Counted from the whole stretch's first letter, positions 36,664 to 49,519 are shown. The stretch: 62,919 nucleotides of DNA, filler included, from Craspedostauros australis (GCA_030167865.1; 9 parts of 9 records of this genome joined end to end with filler, not necessarily neighbours in it); one strand, 5' to 3'. Numbers and translations are program-made. Notes: generated by a model from the letters alone, not told the origin.

Positions 36664-37521
36664 ATGTGCTCTTCGCTGCATACCATCATCCTTTTCTGCG
36701 CACTGATGCACCTGGTGTCGTTGGCATCCTGCGCTCCGACAACGGATGAAGCGAAGGGCGCACCCAACGAGGCACCACCAACAATACCAACAAAGCCCAA
36801 GTCCGAACTGCAGAAGTTCGTGGACTCCATCCGCTCTTCGCCGTTCGGCACATTCGACAAGGACACACGTGACGATTGCGCGGACATCATCGATGCGTGC
36901 TGGTCGGACATCTTCGCCAACATCTTCGTAGAATGCGCAGCGACGTGCACGCAACAATTGGAACAGCCGCGCATGAATGGCAAGGCCTCCGATGCATCCG
37001 CCTTCTACGACCTGCCATCGGTCCGACTGCAGCGTCCCACAAACTCAAAATCCATGCAGATGGAGGATCTGGAAGGATACGTCGTCATTGTCGCGATCGT
37101 TCCCCTCATCCCCGGCATGGCGGCATACTACTACGAGCTGTTGGAGCATCTGCATTCCAGCTTTCGGCCGAACCTCGAGATCGTCCTTCTGCCTGTCGAC
37201 GTCGGAGTGGAGGGCGGTATCCACCTCGTGCTGCACGATCCACCACACGTGCGCGTGCTGCAAGAGATCGACGATGCCACGAGCAACGCCATGATTCGGT
37301 ACCTGCTTGACGTCAAGCCAACATCGGGAACGGCATCCGTTCTAACGCGGGCGGATGGAACGACGCAGCATGTGCAATCGAACCTCAATCTGGATCGGGT
37401 GACGATGTATCTGCTCAGCGCAGATGGGATGTTCGTGGAGCGATTAACGAGCCCGTCCATGAATGCGCTGCAAGAGAGGGTGACGCTGTTCATGAAGTCT
37501 ATGGACTACGACGAACTGTGA
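36664..37521 (+). CDS. Secreted/ER protein with a small Cys-rich (ShK-like) segment and a glutathione-peroxidase-like thioredoxin fold lacking the catalytic Cys
   Basis: Signal peptide MCSSLHTIILFCALMHLVSLASC. D...DC.....AC........ECAATC. FYDL...MEDLEGYVVIVAIVPLIPG...YY.LLEHL. C-terminal YDEL, an ER-retention-like signal. Confidence 0.65.
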   Translation: MCSSLHTIILFCALMHLVSLASCAPTTDEAKGAPNEAPPTIPTKPKSELQKFVDSIRSSPFGTFDKDTRDDCADIIDACWSDIFANIFVECAATCTQQLEQPRMNGKASDASAFYDLPSVRLQRPTNSKSMQMEDLEGYVVIVAIVPLIPGMAAYYYELLEHLHSSFRPNLEIVLLPVDVGVEGGIHLVLHDPPHVRVLQEIDDATSNAMIRYLLDVKPTSGTASVLTRADGTTQHVQSNLNLDRVTMYLLSADGMFVERLTSPSMNALQERVTLFMKSMDYDEL

Positions 37522-37987
37522 GGCAGGGTTTTGAATGACAGTGGATCGCAACGTTGTGCGTGTCACTAGTGTGGATGGATGACCGCACCTACATGTGCAT
37601 TTGTGCAAGCAAGGTTGGTTCATTTGACTCAATCGTAGTTGTTCTAAATACACTCTGTTGAATAGAAGCTATTTCGTTGACTGGCTGGTTGACTATCGGT
37701 GTACTAAGTATATGAACGATATGTATGATATGTATGATTGGTATGGGAGGCGAACTAAGAGACATCGCCTTTTCCATCATGTGTATTGATGTCATGTAGT
37801 CATGTATAATCATCATGTAATGTATGCGGTGAAGCGTTGGATGTCATAAGGAGTGTGACACCAACGCGTTCTCTTGTGTTGTGAATGGAGATGGAAGCTT
37901 CGTCGGATGCCATTGAATGATGTACGAGTACGAATGGGCACCATGCACCTGCCCTCCTCTTCCGCACTTGGAACAGACAGAAGTGCC

Positions 37988-39940
37988 TCACTCTTTTGTC
38001 TTGAACATCGTGAGCTTGTCTCGAACTGATGCCAAGTGACGCGTGATTCCCAGTGCACACAGATTGGTGCAGCCGAAGCGTCTCGAGTCGGTGCACAAGA
38101 TCGCAGGGTCGGTCAAGTAGTACTTGCCATTGGCCTTCACACCTTGAAGATCCGCCACGATCAAGTACTTCTTGGACAAGACGTACGAGAACTCCACGAA
38201 GCGAAGGAGCGACTCATCAATGTGATCGGGATGCCAGGCTCCCGTGTTGCTGCAGTACTTGGTGAATGGCGTTCCGGTGGTTGGCAGCACGTCTTCACCG
38301 CAGTAGAAACGGTTTCCGTCTGCTTCATTTCTGTCGCTGACCTCCTCCACCACGCACGCTTGCAAAACCTTGATCATAGCGCAGTGCGAAGGACGGTAGG
38401 CTGACTTGTTGTATTCGTTGGCAAGGAAGCACGCGATGGATGATACCTCCATCTGTTGGAAGTATTGTTGTCTATCGTTGATTCCTGGCCCGTGGTGCTT
38501 GTTGGTCTTGAGCACCATGGCGCTCTTGTCGAGGTTGAGTTCGTCATTGTGACGCGCGAGCCTTGCATGGAATGCAATGCGGCATGACCCCTCAGCAAAC
38601 GGGGATTTCGCCAGTTGTAGCTGGAGCTTGAGGTTGACGCGTTTCACGAAAAAGAACCGAGAAGTGTAGGTCTCAGCCAACCTGTGGACCAAGAGAGGCG
38701 TTTGCAAAGACTGAACGGAGATGCTGCGGGTGTTGCAATACACGTTGACAGGCACCGTTGCTTTCCATCCAAAATATGTTGGAAAATCTTTGGAGATTGT
38801 GTACGGTTTCATCTTGGCCTTCTTCATCTTCCCTCTGTCTGCTTCGTACTCCACGACCTTGCTCTGAGAGTCGATCAACGACACCGAGTTGAAGACGGAG
38901 TGGCGGACGCTCTTGACCACGACTTTCTCAACCATTTTGGGAGAAGAGAAGTCCACAACCTCGAGATCAATGTTGTGGACGGACGCAAACCGCTCAATCA
39001 TCTTGTCCGTTTTCTTGGTGATGCGACCAAAGAAGACGTTCATGGTTCCACCCGATGGATTGGTCCTGAGTTTGGACAGCTCCGAGACGATGTTGATGCC
39101 TGGAGTGCCGGTCGGGTAGTTGTCGCCAAAAATGCCGGCTGGGTAGTCGTTGCCGGAATTACAGTAATCGTGGAATTCGGTTCCATGACATGCATTATCG
39201 CCAACAATGAAGGCAACTCTGGTGGGGTGCATCCAGGAGAGCTCATTGGCCTTTTGGATGCCAACCGCCATGTCTTCTGCACGGTCGTTGTTGCGAATGG
39301 GCTTGACTCCCTCCAGGAAGCGTTCGAAGACACTGACGTCATCCACGAAATCAAGTACTTGATATCGATCAGATCCAAGGCCAATTTCTCGGTAGGCCAC
39401 GAACCCCAACCGTAGATCCTTCCCCTTTCCATCAGTCTTGATCTTCTCGACAATCTTGCGGATGGTCTGCTTGGCACCGTCGATGTATGGCCCCATTGAG
39501 ACAGTAGCGTCCATGATGAACACGAGATCAATTTCATTCTCCACAGCGTCGAGTTTGCCCAGCACGTCCTTGATACTGGATTCCCTCATGCGACGCTTCA
39601 GTCGGCATCGATGCAACTTTGCGGCAAGTTCCTCGCGGGATTTGGTGGCATTGTCAAGTTGTTCACGGCAATTGCTGATCGCAGTGTTGCATTGAGAAAG
39701 TAGTTCAGTTGGTTCAGTTTTGCTTTTGTCCAACTTACATTTCTGCAACATGTCTTGGGCTGCCTTGATGCTTTCTTCGAGTTGCACTCTTGCTTTGGCC
39801 TCCTTCTTCTCTGCATCGCTGATCTGTTGTTGGATATCCTCCTCATCGTCGCTCGCATCCTCTTCCTCCTCTTCGATCTCCCCGAGAACGACTCCACCAC
39901 CGCCGAGACTCATGAACTGTTCATTCTTTTTTGGCCACAT
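37988..39940 (-). CDS. Coiled-coil + vWA + alpha-kinase (eEF2K/MHCK family, VwkA-like architecture)
   Basis: MIDAS DLVFIMDATVSM and GFVAYR. Kinase motifs PFAEGSCRIAF, MVLK, TKYCSNTG, LIVADLQGV, LTDPAI, FGCTNL. Intronless, 650 aa. Confidence 0.92.
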   Translation of the reverse strand: MWPKKNEQFMSLGGGGVVLGEIEEEEEDASDDEEDIQQQISDAEKKEAKARVQLEESIKAAQDMLQKCKLDKSKTEPTELLSQCNTAISNCREQLDNATKSREELAAKLHRCRLKRRMRESSIKDVLGKLDAVENEIDLVFIMDATVSMGPYIDGAKQTIRKIVEKIKTDGKGKDLRLGFVAYREIGLGSDRYQVLDFVDDVSVFERFLEGVKPIRNNDRAEDMAVGIQKANELSWMHPTRVAFIVGDNACHGTEFHDYCNSGNDYPAGIFGDNYPTGTPGINIVSELSKLRTNPSGGTMNVFFGRITKKTDKMIERFASVHNIDLEVVDFSSPKMVEKVVVKSVRHSVFNSVSLIDSQSKVVEYEADRGKMKKAKMKPYTISKDFPTYFGWKATVPVNVYCNTRSISVQSLQTPLLVHRLAETYTSRFFFVKRVNLKLQLQLAKSPFAEGSCRIAFHARLARHNDELNLDKSAMVLKTNKHHGPGINDRQQYFQQMEVSSIACFLANEYNKSAYRPSHCAMIKVLQACVVEEVSDRNEADGNRFYCGEDVLPTTGTPFTKYCSNTGAWHPDHIDESLLRFVEFSYVLSKKYLIVADLQGVKANGKYYLTDPAILCTDSRRFGCTNLCALGITRHLASVRDKLTMFKTKE

Positions 39941-41101
39941 TGTGCCTACGTGTTCGAATTGTTTGTCAAGAGCTGATTGAGAATTATGTTTGCTTGAGGA
40001 TGTGAGCTTGTGGCTTTCCCAGCTTCACAACTTGTTGAGTTTGGGATTTGTGAGAGGATGGTTGGAGAATGTGTGGAGCACATTGCTGCACTCCTGTTGC
40101 ATTCCGGTACACCTTCAAGACATGGTCGCACCCTGGAGTTTGGACACGCAGAAGGTCGCAGCAGATGTCATCCAGCTCGAGCGTGTTCTCGTAATGCTGT
40201 GTTGAGTTGTCACAGAATCTTGGGTGACTCGCAGCTTCCAGAAGCACCCGGTGAAGTTCCGTCGTCGTGAACTTGGCACGTTGCGCTTGCGTGGGTTGAA
40301 GTACTCTCCGTGAATATCTTGGAATCTGACTGATGGTGTTCGATTCTGTTCGATGCTTCGGTGCCACAGATCGGAAGTGACGATCTCTGGCAATCGTTGA
40401 CACCAAGACGGAGAAGCAATTCCCAATGAGGGTGCGACCTCCTTCGCCACCATCGACACTGCGATGCAGGAGCCATGAGACGGAACTCTTTTGGTCGCTT
40501 CCATCTGCGTGTGATTGAAAAGTGAGAACACCAGTGAGCTCTCATTTTCGAAGATGTCATGGATGCCAGACCTTTGATCGCATGCTTGAGTCAGTGCCCC
40601 AATCAACCCTGAATCCCACTGCAGGCATTGGTGTTTGCACAAGCGGAGATACGAGGAGATCTCAGAGAGGTTATCTCAATCCAGGGCCGGCGGTTGGTGG
40701 ACATCGTGCGAGGAGGTATTTTGTGGTTGGGTATGACTAGATCGTCCGAATGCGTGTGATGCCAGCAACCTAGATCCGATCTGCGTTCATGATGCACGAC
40801 TCAGTATCCATTCGATCAGTCGACTTGGTCATTGGCTATCCACGAGTAGTACGACTAGTAGTTGTGCCGAAAATGCGCACACATGACTTAGACCCTTTCG
40901 TGACACAGATCCAAGAAGAAATCCAAAACATGCAAAACCGACCACAACGCACTCACACTGCCGTGCTGTTCTGTCGTCTCCATCCACCATGTTCGTCATC
41001 GGTGTTGAGCACAGTTGGATGCCTTGATGGGTGCCAAACAGATGAACGTACAGCTCGTCGCTGCCATCTCTGCAACCATTCTGTCAATAAGACGAGTAGT
41101 G

Positions 41102-42372
41102 TGTGAATCAATGTTGTTCGCTAATATTATGAGATATTACATTGCTGAGCTGAGGAGTTGCGGTCTTGGCTCCTGCTAGTGTCTTGATCTGCTCTAGGAG
41201 GAAAGTGGGCGCGAGGTGCGCACTTTGCGTACGCCGGTCAGTCGGGTCACGTGCGGGACTGGAATCAATACACCCTCGCGTAACTCCCAACATGCTCTGT
41301 CTTGCTGATTTGCCGCTGTCAGGGGTAGGCTTGAGGTATATTTCTCTCATTTTTCTGTGATGTGCCGTCGGATGATGTTTCGTGAAGTAGTCGGCAAGAT
41401 TGTCTGCGCCGGGGGCCCAGTATACGATGAATTGGCCTTGCTGGATTCGGTCGCGTACCCAGTAGAAGCGCATGTCCATTGCTCGTGTGCGCCGCTGTTT
41501 CATGGTGTTATTGACGATGCCGGATGCTGTGGAATTGTCGGTTTTGATGGGTGTGGGTGGCTGGGCGTGGCCGAGCTCGTCGAGGGTGGTGCGCAGCGCC
41601 GATGCCGCTGTGCAGTTCAGGTATAGTGCGCCGACCTCGGCCTCGGCTGCCGAGCTCATGACGTTCTGAATTTTGTTGCACACTGTGTGTATGGCTCCGT
41701 TGTTAGGAGGCGGTTGTATGGGCGCTTTGCTGTTGTCTGGCGAGCGGTTGCTGAGGTACATGTGCCCGCCCGCGCGACTTCTGGCCTTTGGTAGGCTCAG
41801 GTATGATGCGTCGCTGTCGACATGCAGTATCATGTCGCTGGCGTGGTAGACGATGGTCGCGTCGGGATGGGTGGCGCAGTAGTCGAGCAGCTGCTTGACT
41901 CGGTTCGCCGTGTTGTTCGTGGCATGCGCCTGCTGTGTGGCGATGTCACTGACCGCTGGGAGGATGGTGGGGTCGACGGCTCTCGCATAGTAAAGCAGGG
42001 TTCCCACTATCTGTCGGATGCGGATGATCTCTTCAGCTGGCAGTTCCGGTGCGGTGTCTTCCAGTTTGGGTTCTTGCGTTCTTGCACCGTAGACTGGTGC
42101 TTCGCACGGGGCTGGCGCGTGTTGTGGTTTGGTGGGGATCGGATGTTGGAATTTGTGAAGCGCCTTTTTCACGTATCCTGGCATGGAAAGCTCCACTTTT
42201 CTTGCGTCGTATTCCCATTTTAGACTGACGCCGCAGTAGAGATCGCCGTCCCACTCGATGGTGCACTTGTATATCGTTTGAAGTGCCCCGATGAGATGTT
42301 GTGCGTGTTCCTTGCCCACGTATTTGACGCCGAAGTCGTCTACCACGAGAGTGAATAGAGGCCTATCGCATT
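41102..42372 (-). mobile_element. Ty1/Copia (CoDi-type) 3' fragment: RT C-terminus + RNase H, PPT and ~170-bp 3' LTR (41272-41102)
   Basis: LVVDDFGVKY, SMPGYV, DSDASY, SAAEAE, TDNSTA, DMRFYWVRDR, NLADYFTK. Purine tract GCGAGGG followed by TGTATTGATTC...ATTGATTCACA. Confidence 0.9.
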
Positions 42373-43869
42373 TCACATTCACACCCCTGTGTTCATGTCA
42401 CATGTGGCACTCACGTTCGGATTTCACATTGGTACTCGTGACTAGTTCGTGACCTACTCAGAAAGACGACCAACATGACTGAATCGGCTTCTCTTCTGTA
42501 GAATAGAGCTCTAGCTTAGACTGCTCTGATATGAGTGCTCCTTGCATGTTATCGCATCACTTGTTGAGACCAAAGGTTGATAGGATCATTAATGGGTGTG
42601 CTCTGAGTTGCACGCAACGCACATCCCTCTTTCTTCTCTTAGGAGCTTCGTGTTCTGAGAGTTTCGCTGCCATCTCTTCTGTCTCAACTTTGCTACTAAC
42701 AGAGGTCCGGTAACATATGCGCAAGCACTTTGTCCCTGCTGATTCATAGCTTGTTCAAGGCTCTGTTGCCAATATCGATGGCAGAGACCTCTTGATCACC
42801 GTATTATGGAGATAGATCAGCAGTTTGTTGTCCAATAGAAGGTCTCCACGCAGTCACACAGAACTATTGCGATTGCATGTTGGGTTGGTTGGAGACCAAC
42901 AACGACTTCCGATATGGCAGTCAGGATCTCCAAAGGATGCAAAATGCGCGTTGGTAGAAGTCCCTGGTCGTATCTGACGACACTAGTCCTCAGAGCATCA
43001 GGAACANNNNNNNNNNNNNNNNNNNNNNNNNNNNNNNNNNNNNNNNNNNNNNNNNNNNNNNNNNNNNNNNNNNNNNNNNNNNNNNNNNNNNNNNNNNNNN
43101 NNNNNNNNNNNNNNAGGCATATTCGACATCGTAATCGCTCTCTATCGCTCCATGCACCCCTCATTCGGAATGCTAGTTTCATCATCACTAGCATCTCAAC
43201 AAAATATCATTTTCACGACAAGGACGACTCAACATTTCTGCAAATGAAGAGAAATGATTGGCCATTCGTTTCGTTCCAACACGTGGAAGGTTGGATTGCC
43301 GGGACTGCAATGTGAAACTCAATTGTGTTTTTGGCTCCTAAAACGCAATCGAGTTTCACTTTCCGAGGGGGAAGTTCGCATGTTGCCCCTCTAAAAATGT
43401 CATTATCAGGTTATTTTGTACCGTGGGACTCCCAATGTGAAATGCGATAGGCCTCTATTCTCTGTTGTTGTGTGATCTGTTCGTCGGTCATTTGGATACG
43501 GTTTCCGACTCGTCCGACCCCAATGTTGTTCCTGTTGAGGGCTCTGCGTCCACCAGATCGATGAGTCGCTGTCGCGGTCATGTCCGCAAGAGTAGATCGT
43601 AAGACCACAGCCCATCTTCTGTACTCCACAACGACGACATCTTCAGCTGCGAGCAAGCCTATGACAGAACCACCGAGTTGTCCATGCTCCTGATTTGGAA
43701 TGAACAGAGAACAGAACAAAGAACAAAGTTCCAAACTCCACTCCATGCTGGGTTAGTGCCTCAAGCTCATCAATGCTTATCAATGCCAGTGTGTCATGGA
43801 GTGTGTCGCGGAGTCTGCGCTCCTATTTTATCACCCACCTCATCCCAATCTCGTCCTTGCCACATCCAA

Positions 43870-45064
43870 TCAATCAACTTCACTATTGCCGTTCTGCTGC
43901 TTGGTCTCCAAAGATCGGATCTTCTCCAACAGAGAGGACCGGTCCATGTCCTCTTCCAGCATCACATCATCTCTTTTCTCCAACCATTCATACAGCTCAT
44001 CGATCCGCATTCGGTCAAATTTGTCTCCAGTTGTCTTCGTCAAGTCCTCACAACTTGCATACTGATGAATCTCCCTCATCAGCTCAACTGACTCGATCAG
44101 TTGACCGGCCTCACGTTGCCGTAACACTTTGGCCATATTCTTCCCCACCACCTTGATGCACTCTTCTTTCAGCACACAGCAGCTGTGTGCATCTGAAAAC
44201 AACAGAAGATCGACGCATGACGTCAGGTGGAGATGCTTCAATGTCAGCTTCGTCTCCAGCAAGATCTTGAGCTTCCAACAACCGAAGTGGTTGGCAACGA
44301 TAAGCAGATCTTGCAATTGACGTTGGGTCGTGTCATCTGCAAGGAAGGATGTATCATCAGCATAGATGAAACGAAGCACAAATCGGAAATGGTCGGGGTC
44401 GATCGTTGGAAACGAGATTGACTTTCCGTCACCATCTTCCTCCTCGACAGTTGTAGCTTCATCAATGATTGATTTCATGGCTGGTGCACCCAACAACAGC
44501 TGCCTGGTGTTCGCTTTGATGCGTTGTTGCTGATCATCGGAGCCAACAACGAAGGTGATGTCAGTGTGAGCCTCAGTTCGAAGCATCTTGAGCCGTTCTT
44601 TGTTGAAACTTAGGGATGAAGTCCAGCGCTTGCAGATATGCTCCAGCTGATCGAACTTGATGTGGATAGATAGAATGTCATCATCGAGTCCACGGTCGAG
44701 CACCTGTTTCATGGTCGTNNNNNNNNNNNNNNNNNNNNNNNNNNNNNNNNNNNNNNNNNNNNNNNNNNNNNNNNNNNNNNNGGTGATACCCAACTTGGGA
44801 ATCGAGGCTGTGTACTTCACAGAGTACTCTTCATCCAACAACCATGACGCTTCGTCGAGATAAAGGTACATCCCAACACGATATCTTTGAGGTGAGTAGC
44901 AGCATCCCACCCACTGCGCATCATTTTTTGAGAACTTTAGCATGAACTTCCATCGAACACCGCCGCACCCAAAGACAGGAGAGTACTTCTCCGTGAGTCG
45001 TTGGCACTTGACCTTAGAGAACTGATGAAACTTCACGACAATCAAGTGTTTCTCATAGTCATAA

Positions 45065-45095
<31 letters not shown>

Positions 45096-45177
45096 TGTTG
45101 CCGTCGTTCTCATTCTTTCCCCGCTTGTTGATGTGTACGACCTTCACGGTCTCGTTGTTGTTGAGTGGTTGAGACAT
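43870..45177 (-). CDS. MATH-BTB (SPOP-like) protein
   Basis: MATH-like YSPVFGCGGVRWKF...VGMYLYL. BTB TDITFVVG...FRFVLRFIYAD...ANHFGCWKLK...LLLFSDAHSCCVLKEECI. Internal N gap. Confidence 0.88.
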
Positions 45178-46270
45178 CGTCGAAGATGATGTGGTTCTGA
45201 AACGAGAATGCGAGAAAGTGAGGGATGGAGGAAGAGGCGGATGGTTGGAAGGGGGGCAGACGAAGGGTACATGAGCGAATTATGAGCGGTTAATGAGCAA
45301 ATTGTAGAATCTGGAACCATAGACAGCATCAATTCCACGCTACATCATGCTTCCCTGCTTTCCGCTCAACCTGCCACTCAACTTGCCCGCATTGATGAGA
45401 GGTCATCATGCAGAGTACGACAACCCACGATACTGAGGCGCTGCGCTGAGCGTGGAATCATGCCGCAGCCCACGGTAGTCACTGCACGAGTGCTCGGATC
45501 GTCTGTATCTGTATCTGCATCTTGCTGCGCAATACTCCGTGACCACACGATCACGCGATCACGTGTAGACGTGATCGTGAATTGACGGATTGATGGCTGT
45601 CGTATCGGAGACATCACGGTATTTTGCCCAAGTAAGATCATCATGATTCTCCAGCGCAAAGTATCGATGGCATTCACACGATCGTGTATCATAAGTATTG
45701 TACAATGTTGCTCTGCGGAGTGTGGTAGGTATGGTGCTCTGTTGATGGCCACGGTGGAGCAAGGAACAAGGAACAGACGTGTGGGATTGGAGTGGGAGGA
45801 CCCATTCTCCGTTGTGAATGATGAATCGGCATCTCTGGCACGGTATGCCATACTCGTATCGAGAGTGAAGACTATCTCTCTGAAGTGGCCTCTCCCTACT
45901 TGCTCGTAGTCGTACTACTATGCAGCGAGTTGCCTCCGTTGTTGTGTGCTGTGTGTTGTGCAGATCGCAGATGAGGATCATGGCGACACATCGCAACAGA
46001 GTGATCGTGTGGATGTTGTTTGTTGGAGTGATTCAGATCAACGGATCCAGCCGTTAAAGACGTTTGCAGAACAAGTTCAAATGTGCCACCTTCCGAAATC
46101 GTTGCGACGCACTCTTTGCGTGTTGCATCCCCTGTCCAGAGACATTCAGTTCTGCATAGTAGATCATATTATATAATATTCTATGACAGTACATCTATCA
46201 GATATCTGCGACCGTGAGTCGGCCACGATGGTTGCTGTTGGGGGCCCATGCATGGAGGAGTAAGGATCTG

Positions 46271-46404
46271 GCCCATCTTCAGTACTCCACAAAGACGACA
46301 TCTTCAACTGCGAGGAAGCCTATGACAGAACCACCGAGTTGTCCATGCTCCTGCTTCGGAATGAACAGAGAACAGAGAAAAGAACAAAGTTCCAAACTCC
46401 ACTC
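46271..46404. repeat. Direct repeat of 43610-43743 (3' flank of the BTB gene)
   Basis: ~134-bp near-identical segment, offset 2661, running into the scaffold end. Confidence 0.8.
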
Positions 46405-46504
46405 NNNNNNNNNNNNNNNNNNNNNNNNNNNNNNNNNNNNNNNNNNNNTTAATTAATTAANNNNNNNNNNNNNNNNNNNNNNNNNNNNNNNNNNNNNNNN
46501 NNNN

Positions 46505-48256
46505 AGTCAAGTTGGTTTGCTGTGTTTTGTGTGGTGGATTCGGAAAAAATTGTTGATGCCACAATGTTGCCCTCCAATGAGCACACATAATCATCATCAT
46601 CATCCTTGTATTTCAGTAAACTGTGCATACCATTCGCTCTGCATACCTCCCAGCTATCCGCTCCATGAAGGATGGCCACAGATATCGGCTCTGCATGCAG
46701 CAATGCACCCACACACTGAAACAGAACGATTTCGAAAAAACGCTTTCAATCCGCTTGCAATGCAGATTTGGATCCGTATCTCGTCCATACGATCCTTTCA
46801 GCCCCTCCAAGNNNNNNNNNNNNNNNNNNNNNNNNNNNNNNNNNNNNCGGATGCATCCAGAATGGGCTGGGCGTGCATGGCCGACGTGATACACCTCCAC
46901 AAGATGATGTGGTGGTGCATTTTTTGCTCCCACCAACAATGACCATTCTGCAGATATGGTTGGCTGCAGCCTCTTGTAGACCATATCCGTGGCACAGACT
47001 TCACGACGTGCATCTTTAATTGATGTCGCACGCACCTTGTATTGGGGCCTTGGAGATTGAGGGGCGTCGTCCCATTGCTCCTCGCAGCCAAAGCCACGCG
47101 ACCAGTGCCGCGCAAGCCTCAACCAAAACTCCTCAGAACCACCTTTTCCTCCGCGCGGAGACCTTCCTGGTGCTCCGCGAGCCTCAAACTTTGAGGGCGC
47201 CTTCTTCTTGCCTTTTATGAGGCGTCTTGCGTATCCGCAGACGCTGATTTGACCTGTGTGTGGCACACACAGGCCAAAACCAACGAGCCGATTTGGAGCC
47301 AAATCGTGATTGTATTTCTGGGGCCTACGACGGCCCCAAATCAACCCCTCTTCCCGCCTCCGTTCGTCCACCCACCAAACGTTGCGTGGAGGTGACGNNN
47401 NNNNNCTTGGATCTTGAATTGGCCGGCTGGTTGTTGCGGCGCCAAGCATACCGTTCGACGGCCATTGTGGTATTTTTTTGGTGTTGCTCCATTTTCATCT
47501 TGGTGTGTCGAGTTCGCCACTCTCAACCGGCCTCACATTTTGGGGGATGTGGAGATTTGCCTCCAATTGTAGTAACTGTCCGAAAGGAGCACAACACAAA
47601 ATACTTGAGGAGTACCAACCCCACTCAACCACTTCGCCACGACGAAGCAGACCTGATGATGTTGAGCATCGTGATATCATTGGTGTTTGANNNNNNNNNN
47701 NNNNNNNNNNNNNNNNNNNNNNNNNNNNNNNNNNNNNNNNGCCACGACGAAGCAGACCTGATGATGTTGAGCATCGTGATATCATTGGTGTTTGATGACG
47801 AAGTATCCAGTTTCGTGACGTCGACGACGGATTGGACAAGCATATGGTGTAAGTAACGTAAAGACGCATTCACCGCTTCCCCCAACATTCTACAACTAGT
47901 GCTATCGTGGATGGACTGTTGGATGGTCCCATCCGAACACCTGAAAAAGAGACTAANNNNNNNNNNNNNNNNNNNNNNNNNNNNNNNNNNNNNNNNNNNN
48001 NNNNNNNNNNNNNNNNNNNNNNNNNNNNNNNNNNNNNNNNNNNNNNNNNNNNNNNNNNNNNNNNNNCCGAAAGAGATCGAAAAATGCGCATATCCATCGG
48101 TCCATAAAACTTAAAATAGGATCTAACTCAAAAATGCAACGGTTAATTATGTGTATTAGACCTAATAGGATTATGAATATGTGCTTGGTTAGTATGTAGG
48201 AGAGAAAATTTCTGGAGGTCTATTTCAAACGATTGGTCGACTCACTGATCGGGCTC
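46505..48256. mobile_element. Dispersed ~1.7-kb repeat, copy 2
   Basis: Homologous to 28690-30318 with the same terminus CACTGATCGGGCTC, here followed by TTAA. Confidence 0.7.
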
Positions 48257-49519
48257 TTAACGACAAGACGTTTCATTGTCATTTTCATCGAATGCAAAGA
48301 CAAAGATCTTAGAGAGAAGACTAACTCGATTAAATAGTCTCGATTTGTTTTATGACCCACTTGAGTGAACGAAGGTGCAGTCGCGCCTAGTCGTGACTCA
48401 GATTTTCGTAAAATTTAAAATGATATATAAAAACATAATCTAGACCACCGTGCGATCTTATCCATATAAAAATGGCCTTCATCCGACCTTTGCTTCCAAA
48501 GTTATACGCCCTTATCTACCACGCACAACGCCGTGTTATTTTTCCTCCTCAAATTTCGGAAACGGGTCTTGGTTGTTCGTGACTTAATATTTTCGATGGT
48601 GTTTTTCGGTTAATTACGGTTATATTTTGGCGATATGCACCTCGTCAGCGTTTCTTCCCATCGCAACGTCATTATCTTGATCTATTCATGATGGGCATTT
48701 CATTGCGCTATTCTCTGGTTCCCGCAGTTGGTTGTCTCGCTTCTCCTGCAGCTTCTTGTGCATGCGAATTGCCTTGTTCGTCACAGGCTACGTGCTCCTC
48801 GTCGCCATCCTGTTTGTCAACAACCCCTCCATTGGTATCATCCATGCCATCGACAAAAAATAATCAGGGCGATCTATCCAATTCAACTATCATCTACGTT
48901 TTTCAACTTGTTCACGAAGATCTACATCAACCATTCCGTTTTTGACGACGGCTACCACAGACAGCACACAAAGGTTCTGCTCCTATTTCATGACGGACAT
49001 GGCGTTATCCGTCATGCATTCGATGGCCACGATGATGCTGACAGCGACGGTGGTGTTGATTGGGGCAGCATTGACATAGACAGCTGTGATGACGCCCAGG
49101 ATAGTGTTGTCAGTGGCTATGGTCGCCACCACGGCAATGAAGGTGGTGGTGCTAGCCACAGCAATGCTGTTGTCAAGAACAATGGTGGTGATGGCAACAA
49201 AGATGGTGATGGGGAAAGCAACCTGAATGATCCCATCACGGAAGGCAATGGTGATGGCAATGAAGGTGGTGTTGGCAAGAGAAACGATGGTGACGATGGC
49301 AGGTGAAAGCTTTCTCCATACTTTTTACCTCTTTACTAATCATATGAGTCAAAATACTGGTCGGAGATTGTCCTCGGACAACTCACAATAAAAGAACAAG
49401 AGCTCCGACCAGGGCACACAACAACAGGCCAATACGTCTCCAGGAGTTACTTGTGCACTTTGTCAGATTAAGAGTTGTGGTTTACCAACAAGCTTATCAC
49501 CTTTACAATATCAGCCACC

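Noticed and set aside
48728..49306. Gly/Asp/Asn-rich 192-aa ORF
   Set aside because: Low-complexity GGTGAT/GGCAAT sequence with no ATG start or family signal.
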